Assembly: GCA_963422735.1 (NCBI GenBank)
Contig: OY730476.1
Location: 1,248,001-1,312,000, forward strand
DNA length: 64,000 bases
Reading direction: 5' to 3'
DNA from: Candidatus Latescibacterota bacterium
Lineage (GTDB): Bacteria; Latescibacterota; UBA2968; UBA8231
Positions within the stretch are counted from its first letter, which is position 1; every line of letters starts with the position of its first letter. The notes below the pieces were generated by a model, which was not told the DNA's origin, made no database searches, and worked only from the letters and a program-made list of their open reading frames with translations. This document shows positions 10,301-17,543 of the stretch, piece by piece. The position numbers and the translations under genes are program-made.

Positions 10301-10623
10301 TCTGAGCGCAAAAACTGCGAGCGCTGCAATTTTTCGAGACCTAGCTTGTTGTAGGTATTGCCTAGCTGGTAGGTAGCACCCACGCGCACCGGCAGAATGA
10401 ACTCGTCAACCGCTACGGTTACATCCTCCACGTTGATCATGGAGTTGCTCTCGGTGGAGAGAATGACCTCATAGCGCTCAATGGCTTTGTCGTAGGCCCC
10501 CAACGCATAGAGCTTCTGACCTTCCTCAAAGCGGTCTTGCAATTCCACCGGCGAGAAGAAGCGCGTGCTCAGGCTGGCGGCCACGCCGACCGCTGCGACC
10601 AGTAGCAGGTTTACCAGAATCAT
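7351..10623 (-). CDS. Large exported TPR protein (BamD/YbgF-type TPRs)
   Basis: N-terminal hydrophobic segment, then many TPRs with 'YP.S..A..A.F.IG..YY' spacing; 1090 aa. Confidence 0.88.
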   Translation of the reverse strand: MILVNLLLVAAVGVAASLSTRFFSPVELQDRFEEGQKLYALGAYDKAIERYEVILSTESNSMINVEDVTVAVDEFILPVRVGATYQLGNTYNKLGLEKLQRSQFLRSEKKEAEADARYEEALQDLNKSRDHFRSLAVDEHVDDRTRVMAQYQMIQTSYQLKDYDQVIEEGDALLHSFPHSLYEASVHYDRAWSYFELERYEEAIAGFKQVLILAPRGSNADRSLFQIAESYDKLGQYEDALNFLDRLIARYDFAQMTEEEIIEMTTLKLKGLVKETARELVAKAHLKKGDIYARNGKVEKALAAYAVLPAEYAAEPVLVQNSYIRTAELVQKEQGTTAAIAAYKDAIEKVEDKLFQARTQLTVALMLFDQDEYLKSAQEYEIYINAYGDVAQRIGFNRYKVLFRIAQCHQEYGRQIRSEDPARADAEIAEALKGYDQLLSQHEDNSLIADVLFNAGFANQLLEKNEAAQPLYQRLVDEYPAHPAAPNGLLQLARIAYAASDLKRAEAIYTSFLDRFSDSELRNTTRMELGLTYKHLQDPESAIAAYETVEEGWDKWPTMQVELAELYMGKQEYKKAHKALSRALDRADDDTLRGQMHYTMARVHFAEDNFADAIDSWGQAIALSPPTHILQNSLLARGGAYYEVAKQQDAVGDTAQARISYEASLEDMKALLESDPAPQIKDSAFRTLGAGMIRLGRQEEAARYYQELIAASADPQEQATFSMLLTELYYDQQDFVQAEKFARRLLDMQFADDAQAGYYRKERAYSIIGNALLQQKKYEEAARIFAQGLKRYPNSGESGNLAFSKGFAEISYGDYATAAESFRAFVKKYPRNANRIHGQYYLAHSLQALTQFKEAAAAFAVLVERYLQSQYEEEALFLIGENYYNEQAFAEAATAYQALLAKYPQGRYGGSAQYALAWSFVEQEEMEQAVGAMQNLVANYPQSEFAPKAQFTIGDYYYNIQFYDEAMAAYKRVLKLYPDSEEASRATALVEELSEIQASFSYNEAMKLFEAKDYDQAVPALQEIIREYPGTYTELAAYCNLGLVYEIMRQWSQAVENYQVVEEKGGDKAENADVVSFAKLHRAWIVENRL

Positions 10624-10640
10624 GATGTCAATCTCCTAGC

Positions 10641-13559
10641 CTAGAACCCGGCCACAATATCAAAGAAAAGGCGCGAGTTGTCGAAGCTATCGGAAGCGCG
10701 AGTGGCATCGTCGTACTCCCGGCTAGTTCTGATAAAGCCGAACTGGGAGGCGAGGTTGTAGCCGTAGTGATCCGAGCGGTTGCTCATCATCAGTACCAGC
10801 GTCCACTCCTTAAAATCGTTGCGCTGGTCCACCCGGTCCAAGCTCGTGTGCTGCCAGAAAGGGAAGCCCTGAAATCCGAGTTGCAGATTGGACTTGGTCG
10901 TCAGGTCGAAACGGGTCCTGATGATCGGTGCGTAAATCGAGAAAGAGCGAATGCTGCCGTCGCCAGTGGCGTCTTCGAGTACACTCGAATGCTCGCGCAA
11001 CAACAGGTGCTTGAACATCGGGCGGATGTTCAGGTTGCCGGCGTTGATCGTATAGTCGAGCCGGTTGACCATCGCAAAGGTCGAGAGCACACCGGCTTCC
11101 TGTTGGGTACCGTCGTCGAACTCGTCCTCGGCTTGGCTGTTGCGGATCCACTGGACGCTGTTGATGACGTTGAGATTGGAAAACTGCTTAAAGGCCGAGC
11201 TGATGAACAAGGTATTGACCAAGCTATTGCGCATGTTCAGCGGATCGACATCCGGCGGGAAAATCTGGGAATTGAGATCCCGCGCCTCAATCATCGGACC
11301 TTTCAAGTGTGGGACGGGGCTGGGTATTCGCTGGGCAAACCCCACATCTTCCCAGACGTACACATCGTCGCGAATATCGTCTTTGACCTGCTTGATGTCC
11401 TCGTTGATGCGAATTTTTCCCAGATAGGGCGAGATAAAGTTGTGCTCGTAGCGAGCGTAGATGGCCTTGGCCTCGCCGCCGCCGACCGGCTCCTTTATGG
11501 TGTAATAGCCTACAGAGGTCCATTTGCCCCAGCCCCCCAAGCCCTTCTTGGTGGCCACCAAGTGGCCCCCCCGGCGGTCCCGTGGGTAGGGATAGTCGGG
11601 CAGCGCGTCGTTTTCGCGGTAATCGACTATGCCGTTGTTGTTGAAGTCGATGCCGTAGATGAAATCCGGTGGATCGGCGTCGTAAAAGAGGATCGGCTCA
11701 GTCCAGTCGGGAATGCCGTTGAAATTCTGGTCGCTGTCCGGGATTAGGTCATTGTTTTCGTCTAGTCCGGGGAAAATGCCCGAATCCGACTTCTCCGCAC
11801 TAGGCAACTCGTTGAGCATCTCGTCTGGCCACTGGTCGTTGTCGTCATTATCGGTCATGACGGACATTTCCTGCATCTGGGGACACACGAAGCAATTGTC
11901 GCTAAAGAAGGCTACGCCGCCGCGGTCGCTGTCGTAGTTGCCGCTGTAATCCGGGTCTAGGTTGAAAATTTCGCCACCGATCTCGATCGGGCCTACTTCC
12001 TTTTGGGCCGTGAGGAAATAGCCGAGGGCCCGCTTGTCAAAACGCTTGCCGGCATTGCTGCCCACTGGGAAGAGGAAGTACTGGGGATTGGCAACCAACT
12101 CGCCCTTTACTTTTAGCCCTTTGAGGCTTAAGTCCCAGTCCAACCCGTAGAGTGCCTGACCGGTGGGGATGCCGTAGTCGAACTCGACCACCTTGCGGCC
12201 CGAGTCGCTGCCATCGGAGCGCAGGACGGTATAGCCCACCCGGGTCGGATTGAGCAGATCCCACTTGTATTGCAAAAACGGCGAAGCCTGGGTAGTGCCC
12301 GGTTCTGGCACCACCGGCCACTGATTGAAGGAGTCGGGATTTTCTGCTAGCACATCTTCGAGCGGTTTGACCGCGTCGTCGCCTTTCAGCCCGGTAAAAG
12401 GATTGACGTACTTGCTGCCGCCTGGAGCGTACGCGTCGTCCCCATCGGCCACTTTGTCCACGTTTTTTTGGTGGACTCGCTGTTCGAAGAACAAGTGCTG
12501 TTGGCGCACCAAAATGCGATAGTCGCCCTCGACATCGGCCAAGAAGCGCACGGACTTCATCGTCAGCCCCGGAACAAGTTCGTTGGGATCTGCCGAGTAC
12601 GCCGCGTCATCCGGGAGGTTGAATCGCGGCATTTGGAAGCGGAAGACCACCTGGTCGCCGCCGGCTATCGTCAGCCCGCTCTCGGCCCCGCCAACCGGAT
12701 CAACCATCTTCAGGCTCGAGTCGTACTCGGAATCTCCTTCAATGCTGGTCAGGCGCACCCGCTGTCCCTGTGACTCGCCAATGATCACCACATCTACGTC
12801 ATAGACGGTGGCCACCCGGCCTATCTCGTCGGGCGAATCGTCTTCGATAATGACTTCAATAAAAGAGGGCGGCAGCATGCTGTAGGGAGTATCGCCCTTG
12901 AGAAAGGAGCCGTTCTCGTCGGCGGTATTGGCCATGTGCTGATTGAAGTACGTGGCACCCATGCGCAGCACGTTGCCCAGCTTAGTCTCCCAGTGGCCGC
13001 CAAAGATCAACACCGGCGAGGTCTCCCTAGTCGCTTTGAAAGTCGAAAACTTGGCGGCGTTCAACAGGTCGCCGCCTTGGCTCAGCATCAAGGTGAACTT
13101 GTTGTCCGAGGAAGCACCGTCGAGCAAAATGCCAAAGAAGCGCGGGTCGCTAAAGGTCAGATCCGAAAACTTGGCGCGGATGTCCTCGCCCAAGGTCACT
13201 CGGTAGTTCCAGCCCTTGTAGGAGTCGTTGAGCATCACCAAGTTGGCGAACCACCCCAAGTACTGGGCCGTTCGGGTGTTGATATTACTTTCCCCAGGAC
13301 GGGAAAATTCCCAAGTGAAGACATTGAACCCGCGCGACAAGTAATTGCCTAAGCGGTCGTAGCGATTGCGTGCGTTGATCACCGAAGGATAGGGATCGTA
13401 CTCCTTGCGCCCATAGTTCAAATAAGGTTCGGGATGGCCGAGGTTGAGGAAATCCCGGTTGCGCAGAAAGGTCTGCGCTTCGGCTTCGGCGCCCAGCATT
13501 CCCAACCCAACAAACGCTAGTAGCGCGGTCCTCACCAGGCTTTTTCTCGCATTACTCAT
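10641..13559 (-). CDS. Uncharacterised large outer-membrane protein A with Asp-rich Ca-binding-type loops
   Basis: Signal peptide (AEA-Q); amphipathic beta segments; C-terminal FFDIVAGF (BAM-type terminal Phe); DNDDNDQWPD, DENNDLIPD and DFNNNGIVD repeats. GAGGA RBS before ATG 13559. Confidence 0.75.
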   Translation of the reverse strand: MSNARKSLVRTALLAFVGLGMLGAEAEAQTFLRNRDFLNLGHPEPYLNYGRKEYDPYPSVINARNRYDRLGNYLSRGFNVFTWEFSRPGESNINTRTAQYLGWFANLVMLNDSYKGWNYRVTLGEDIRAKFSDLTFSDPRFFGILLDGASSDNKFTLMLSQGGDLLNAAKFSTFKATRETSPVLIFGGHWETKLGNVLRMGATYFNQHMANTADENGSFLKGDTPYSMLPPSFIEVIIEDDSPDEIGRVATVYDVDVVIIGESQGQRVRLTSIEGDSEYDSSLKMVDPVGGAESGLTIAGGDQVVFRFQMPRFNLPDDAAYSADPNELVPGLTMKSVRFLADVEGDYRILVRQQHLFFEQRVHQKNVDKVADGDDAYAPGGSKYVNPFTGLKGDDAVKPLEDVLAENPDSFNQWPVVPEPGTTQASPFLQYKWDLLNPTRVGYTVLRSDGSDSGRKVVEFDYGIPTGQALYGLDWDLSLKGLKVKGELVANPQYFLFPVGSNAGKRFDKRALGYFLTAQKEVGPIEIGGEIFNLDPDYSGNYDSDRGGVAFFSDNCFVCPQMQEMSVMTDNDDNDQWPDEMLNELPSAEKSDSGIFPGLDENNDLIPDSDQNFNGIPDWTEPILFYDADPPDFIYGIDFNNNGIVDYRENDALPDYPYPRDRRGGHLVATKKGLGGWGKWTSVGYYTIKEPVGGGEAKAIYARYEHNFISPYLGKIRINEDIKQVKDDIRDDVYVWEDVGFAQRIPSPVPHLKGPMIEARDLNSQIFPPDVDPLNMRNSLVNTLFISSAFKQFSNLNVINSVQWIRNSQAEDEFDDGTQQEAGVLSTFAMVNRLDYTINAGNLNIRPMFKHLLLREHSSVLEDATGDGSIRSFSIYAPIIRTRFDLTTKSNLQLGFQGFPFWQHTSLDRVDQRNDFKEWTLVLMMSNRSDHYGYNLASQFGFIRTSREYDDATRASDSFDNSRLFFDIVAGF

Positions 13560-13610
13560 GGCAGCTATCCTCATTCAGTATAGAGATTTCGTCTTCAGTC
13601 GCATTCCAAC

Positions 13611-14471
13611 TCAGCGCTGGCGATAACCAACGCTGAACCGATGTACACCTCCATAGCCGGACAGGTGCAGCGGATAGGAATAAGCATAATCGAAATGCCA
13701 TTGCTTATAGTTGTGGCCAAGGCCCACGTTGAGCTCTCTGTCATCAAAACCCGAACCAACCGCCGCCCCTCCCATGCGGAACCGGGCTCGGTTGAGGCTC
13801 ACTGTCCGCGTCTCGAACCCCACCCTGAACTCAGTTTGTCCATCGCGGCGCTCAATGTCGAACAGGACTTCCCGCCCCGCCAAGTTGAGCAAGGCCGCTG
13901 CGACCAAGGCCGGCTTTTCTTCGCCTGCGGCTTGGCCACCTGCTGCGATATTGGCACCGTTTAAGCCTTTGGCGACCAAACCCAAGCGCAGGTACGCTCG
14001 CGGGTGTATGAAGCCCACTTCCCAAGTCGCCCCTACATCCAAGTGCCAAGCCCGGTGCGACAGATCGCCAGCCTTCCAAGCGCTGGTGCGCAAGCCGCCG
14101 CCTAAGGCAAAGCGCTCGTGCAACGGCCGCCCATAGCCCAAGGCAATCACTTCTTCGCGCCAGCCATCGGCACCGAGAAACGATAGGCCCATTTGCAAAC
14201 CGCCGCCTCGCAAGGGGCCGGTTACCGACAAACCGCTTAGGGCTGGACTTTGGTCCAACCCGGGATAGAGCAACGCGTGCGTCGTTCCAGCCTGCCATTT
14301 TTGCTGCTGGGCGTTGCCGGCCGGATTGTACCAAACGGCCTCAGCCGTTTGAATGCTGGCGGCGAAAGCCCCGCCCAATGCCGTGCTCTGGGCCCCCCGT
14401 GCCGCAAATTCAAAAGCGGCTCCGACCGGGGGCACAAAAGCCAGCAATAGGACGCTAGTACGCCACCACAA
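13611..14471 (-). CDS. PorV/PorQ/PorP-like small outer-membrane beta-barrel
   Basis: N-terminal GAQSTALGGAF...AVWYNPAG and C-terminal FDYAYSYP...GGVHRFSVGY, as in PorV/FadL-like T9SS barrels. Confidence 0.7.
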   Translation of the reverse strand: MWWRTSVLLLAFVPPVGAAFEFAARGAQSTALGGAFAASIQTAEAVWYNPAGNAQQQKWQAGTTHALLYPGLDQSPALSGLSVTGPLRGGGLQMGLSFLGADGWREEVIALGYGRPLHERFALGGGLRTSAWKAGDLSHRAWHLDVGATWEVGFIHPRAYLRLGLVAKGLNGANIAAGGQAAGEEKPALVAAALLNLAGREVLFDIERRDGQTEFRVGFETRTVSLNRARFRMGGAAVGSGFDDRELNVGLGHNYKQWHFDYAYSYPLHLSGYGGVHRFSVGYRQR

Positions 14472-16113
14472 AAGTGCCTCGGCGCGCCTTGCCGCTTTCT
14501 TCTATTCTAACCTCGTACAGATAGAGCCCCGGCTCGACAACGCGACCGCTCCCATCGCGACCGTCCCACTCAAACTGATAGGTCCGGGCACTTCCGGTCT
14601 GCGCCAACTGGCGAATCGGCCGACCGGTCAAGTTGTAAATTTTTAGCACGACTTCCCGGCCCTCTTCGATGTTGCCGACGACGAAGACAAAGCGCGCATA
14701 CTCGTCCGCAAACGGAGAGAACGGGCGCGGCTGCACCTGCACCTCGCCCAAAAGCTGCAACGGCGTTCCCCCAGCCAGTACCGTCCAAGTGGCACCCGGC
14801 ATTTCCCGCCCCTGCTGCCAGTTGACGTAGCCGTCTCTGTCGCCTTGGGCCTTGTTGCCGGCTTCGAAGCGCATGGCGGTCTTGTCGCGCACAAAGAGCG
14901 CCTGTCCCTCAATTTCGACGGTCGCCATCGCGTTGATTTGCTCGCTAGGTACAAGCTCTATCAGCATCCCCTCCCGATCCGGCGTCGGACCCCAAGTATA
15001 GCCTTCTGTGGACACGAGTTCTCGACCATCGACGCGCACGGCTGTTACGCTGAGCAAGGGGCCTTGTACGCGCAAGAGATCGACCCCGTAGTCATCGACG
15101 CCAGCCGCGATTTCCACTCGGTAGATCAACGTTGCTTCCTCGCCCTTGCGCAGCGAATCGGATGCGACCACCTCCGCCATGAGCTGTTGGGCGACCAAGA
15201 CTGGATCGTAGTCAATGGCGATGCGCTCGAGCGCCGGGCTGACAAAGGGGGCCGAGTTCGTCAGGCGGGCCCGGTACGCCAACCGCGCGACCGGCTCGTC
15301 CCCGCTGTAGAAAAATTCCCCGTCCGTGTGTGCCGCCAAGCTTCCCCAAGGCACTTCTGCTCCCTCTGCGGCGGTTCCACGCACCTGCAATTCAATGCCC
15401 GTGCGCTCCGTGCGCTCTACTTGCCAGCGTATCTGCCCCACGTTGACCGGGGTAGGCGGGGCGAAGCTATCCTCTATGAAGCCTTCGCTAACGTAGCCCG
15501 CGCCGAACACCTCGATTTCCCCGATGGCGACCCAGTTGCTGCGGTCTTGGCGGATCAGCGTCAGCCGCACGAAGCGACCCTCTCGCGGGATCGCCTCACC
15601 GCGCTCGTCGGTTATGGCCCAAGTAGAATCTGCACTCGTATCTACGTTGAGGACGAAATTGTCCGGCTGTTCCGCCAACAGGTGCCAGACTTGCGGCGCT
15701 GCTTGGGTGGCTGTTTCAAGCCTGTACCCACGCACGAAATACTCGGGCTGGCTCAGCGCTGTCTCGCCGGCTAGCACCCGCACCCGCTTGATCGCCCGGT
15801 CCAGCCCGAGATCGACGGTAAACTGCTTGTCGAACACGTGATTGGTCCCCGAAATCCACTCGCTCCGCACGAGATCAATCGCGCCGTCGGTTAGGGGCAC
15901 AGGCTTGTCGAAATCGTCTATCACCGATCGTCCTAAGGCCACGTTTACATCCTCGTCCAACTGTGCCAGAATGACGAGGCTATCTGGATGCACCCGTACT
16001 CCTCGGGTCGTTCCCAAGGCAAATGTTTCGACCGCGTCCACTACCCAAGTCTTTAACTCAGCACGGCACGGACTGAATTCAAGCAAGAGCAAAAGTGCGC
16101 CCAGCCTCAGCAC
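14455..16113 (-). CDS. Secreted protein with discoidin-like domain and C-terminal FlgD-Ig/T9SS-CTD-like domain
   Basis: Signal peptide; FTVDLG...GRFVRL...IGEIEVFG (F5/8-like); C-terminus PRPFSP...KIYNLTGRPIRQL...WDGRDGSGRVVEPGLYLY...VVAY. Confidence 0.78.
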   Translation of the reverse strand: MLRLGALLLLLEFSPCRAELKTWVVDAVETFALGTTRGVRVHPDSLVILAQLDEDVNVALGRSVIDDFDKPVPLTDGAIDLVRSEWISGTNHVFDKQFTVDLGLDRAIKRVRVLAGETALSQPEYFVRGYRLETATQAAPQVWHLLAEQPDNFVLNVDTSADSTWAITDERGEAIPREGRFVRLTLIRQDRSNWVAIGEIEVFGAGYVSEGFIEDSFAPPTPVNVGQIRWQVERTERTGIELQVRGTAAEGAEVPWGSLAAHTDGEFFYSGDEPVARLAYRARLTNSAPFVSPALERIAIDYDPVLVAQQLMAEVVASDSLRKGEEATLIYRVEIAAGVDDYGVDLLRVQGPLLSVTAVRVDGRELVSTEGYTWGPTPDREGMLIELVPSEQINAMATVEIEGQALFVRDKTAMRFEAGNKAQGDRDGYVNWQQGREMPGATWTVLAGGTPLQLLGEVQVQPRPFSPFADEYARFVFVVGNIEEGREVVLKIYNLTGRPIRQLAQTGSARTYQFEWDGRDGSGRVVEPGLYLYEVRIEESGKARRGTFVVAY

Positions 16114-16114
16114 T

Positions 16115-16771
16115 TCAGAATAGCAGTTTCTGCGTCAGGCTGGTCACCACGGCAATGGCGAGAGCCTCCTCCAACTCCCTAGAGTTGAAGGTCATGACAA
16201 TGCCGGCATCCACTGGGCTTTTCTTGCTCACTTTGCCGGTTTTGAGATCCTTAACTGACACCTCGACCTGCACTCGTTGCGTTTGCGGGGAGAATACTTT
16301 GCGCACTCGCTGACTGGAAAGCAGAGCCGTACCGCTAATTTCCAAGTCGGCCTCGTCCGAGTCCGCTGACACCACCGCGAAGGGATTGTTCACTTGCCGC
16401 ACGCTGTCTTCGTCTAGCACCTCGACCCGATCCGTCTGCGTGAAAATCCGCACCTTGTCCCTGCGGAGTTCGCGCAACAAGGCCCCAGACAAATCCTCAA
16501 TGCGCGAAGGCCGAGTAATCTGCACCAAGCGATTTCCAGAGGTGGCGAGGGCATTAGTAACGTACTGGGTTCCTTGGCCACTAGCCGAATTGGCGGTCCT
16601 CGGATCGACCACGTTAGCCTTGCTCTCGACCGGGAATTCCTTGACGTATATTTTGACTGGCATCGACGGCGGGTTGGGCAAACTAGTGTCCTTGAGTGCC
16701 TCGTATCTCAAAGTACAGGCCATCGCGCCGCCTAGTAGCATCATCCCGAGGTATTTGACCATCTTTTTCAT
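16115..16771 (-). CDS. Hypothetical lipoprotein
   Basis: MKK...GAMAC lipobox; tightly coupled to neighbouring genes. Confidence 0.75.
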   Translation of the reverse strand: MKKMVKYLGMMLLGGAMACTLRYEALKDTSLPNPPSMPVKIYVKEFPVESKANVVDPRTANSASGQGTQYVTNALATSGNRLVQITRPSRIEDLSGALLRELRRDKVRIFTQTDRVEVLDEDSVRQVNNPFAVVSADSDEADLEISGTALLSSQRVRKVFSPQTQRVQVEVSVKDLKTGKVSKKSPVDAGIVMTFNSRELEEALAIAVVTSLTQKLLF

Positions 16772-17538
16772 TACTTATTCTCCACCCAACGCACTCCGTG
16801 ATCGACATTGAAGTCGAATTTCAAGTCGGTAAACTCCACCGGATTGCCGTATCCTACTTGAAACCGATCAAAGGCCAGAATGAAGTCGTTTACTTCGAGG
16901 GTGAATGACTTAGTCTCTACGGGCAGCGGTGGAAAGGTCAGCTTGCCGGCGTATCTGGAGCCTTTGCGTACGGGCTTTTCCCGGTGGTACTCGCTCTTCT
17001 CCCAAATCGGGTTGCGGTCCAAGCTGGCGTGATAGCGCACATTGCCTTCTTGCCCCCCCCACTTCAAATAGGAATAGTCGAAGAACTCGTCTTTGTCGTA
17101 CCAATTTCCCGTCCCTTGGCGGCAGAGCAATCGGCTGCCGTCGTCCAAGCGGATAATGGCCTGCGTGGGATCCAACTCCACCCGCTCTCGAGTGCGGTTG
17201 ATCACCGTCACTTCAAAAACGGTCCATAAGGGCGGCGTATAGTCCAAGCCGGGAATTTCGACTCCCGTGAGCGTATAGGGCGTGAAGCGGGGGTCGTATT
17301 CGGCGTCGAGCATGGCATCGTCGTAGAACTTGACCTTGACTTGCACCCCTTGCTCGCTCCACACGACCGAGCTATCGATCGGATCGATGTAATAGGTCTC
17401 CCCATCGGGCAGTTCCGGCTCCAACTCGATAACGTACTCCCGCTGCACATGCGATTCGAGGGATTTGAGAGTAGCGCACCCCCCGGCGGCCAACGCCAAG
17501 CACAGGAGGACGTGAATGTATTTTGCGATTGGTCTCAT
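16771..17538 (-). CDS. Hypothetical lipoprotein, paralog of 4982..5734
   Basis: Lipobox AGGC; conserved motifs shared with the paralog. Confidence 0.8.
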   Translation of the reverse strand: MRPIAKYIHVLLCLALAAGGCATLKSLESHVQREYVIELEPELPDGETYYIDPIDSSVVWSEQGVQVKVKFYDDAMLDAEYDPRFTPYTLTGVEIPGLDYTPPLWTVFEVTVINRTRERVELDPTQAIIRLDDGSRLLCRQGTGNWYDKDEFFDYSYLKWGGQEGNVRYHASLDRNPIWEKSEYHREKPVRKGSRYAGKLTFPPLPVETKSFTLEVNDFILAFDRFQVGYGNPVEFTDLKFDFNVDHGVRWVENK

Positions 17539-17543
17539 AGGCC

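Noticed and set aside
10767-15774. Long plus-strand ORFs 10767..11747 and 14845..15774
   Set aside because: Antisense to well-supported operon genes; such shadows are common in GC-rich DNA.
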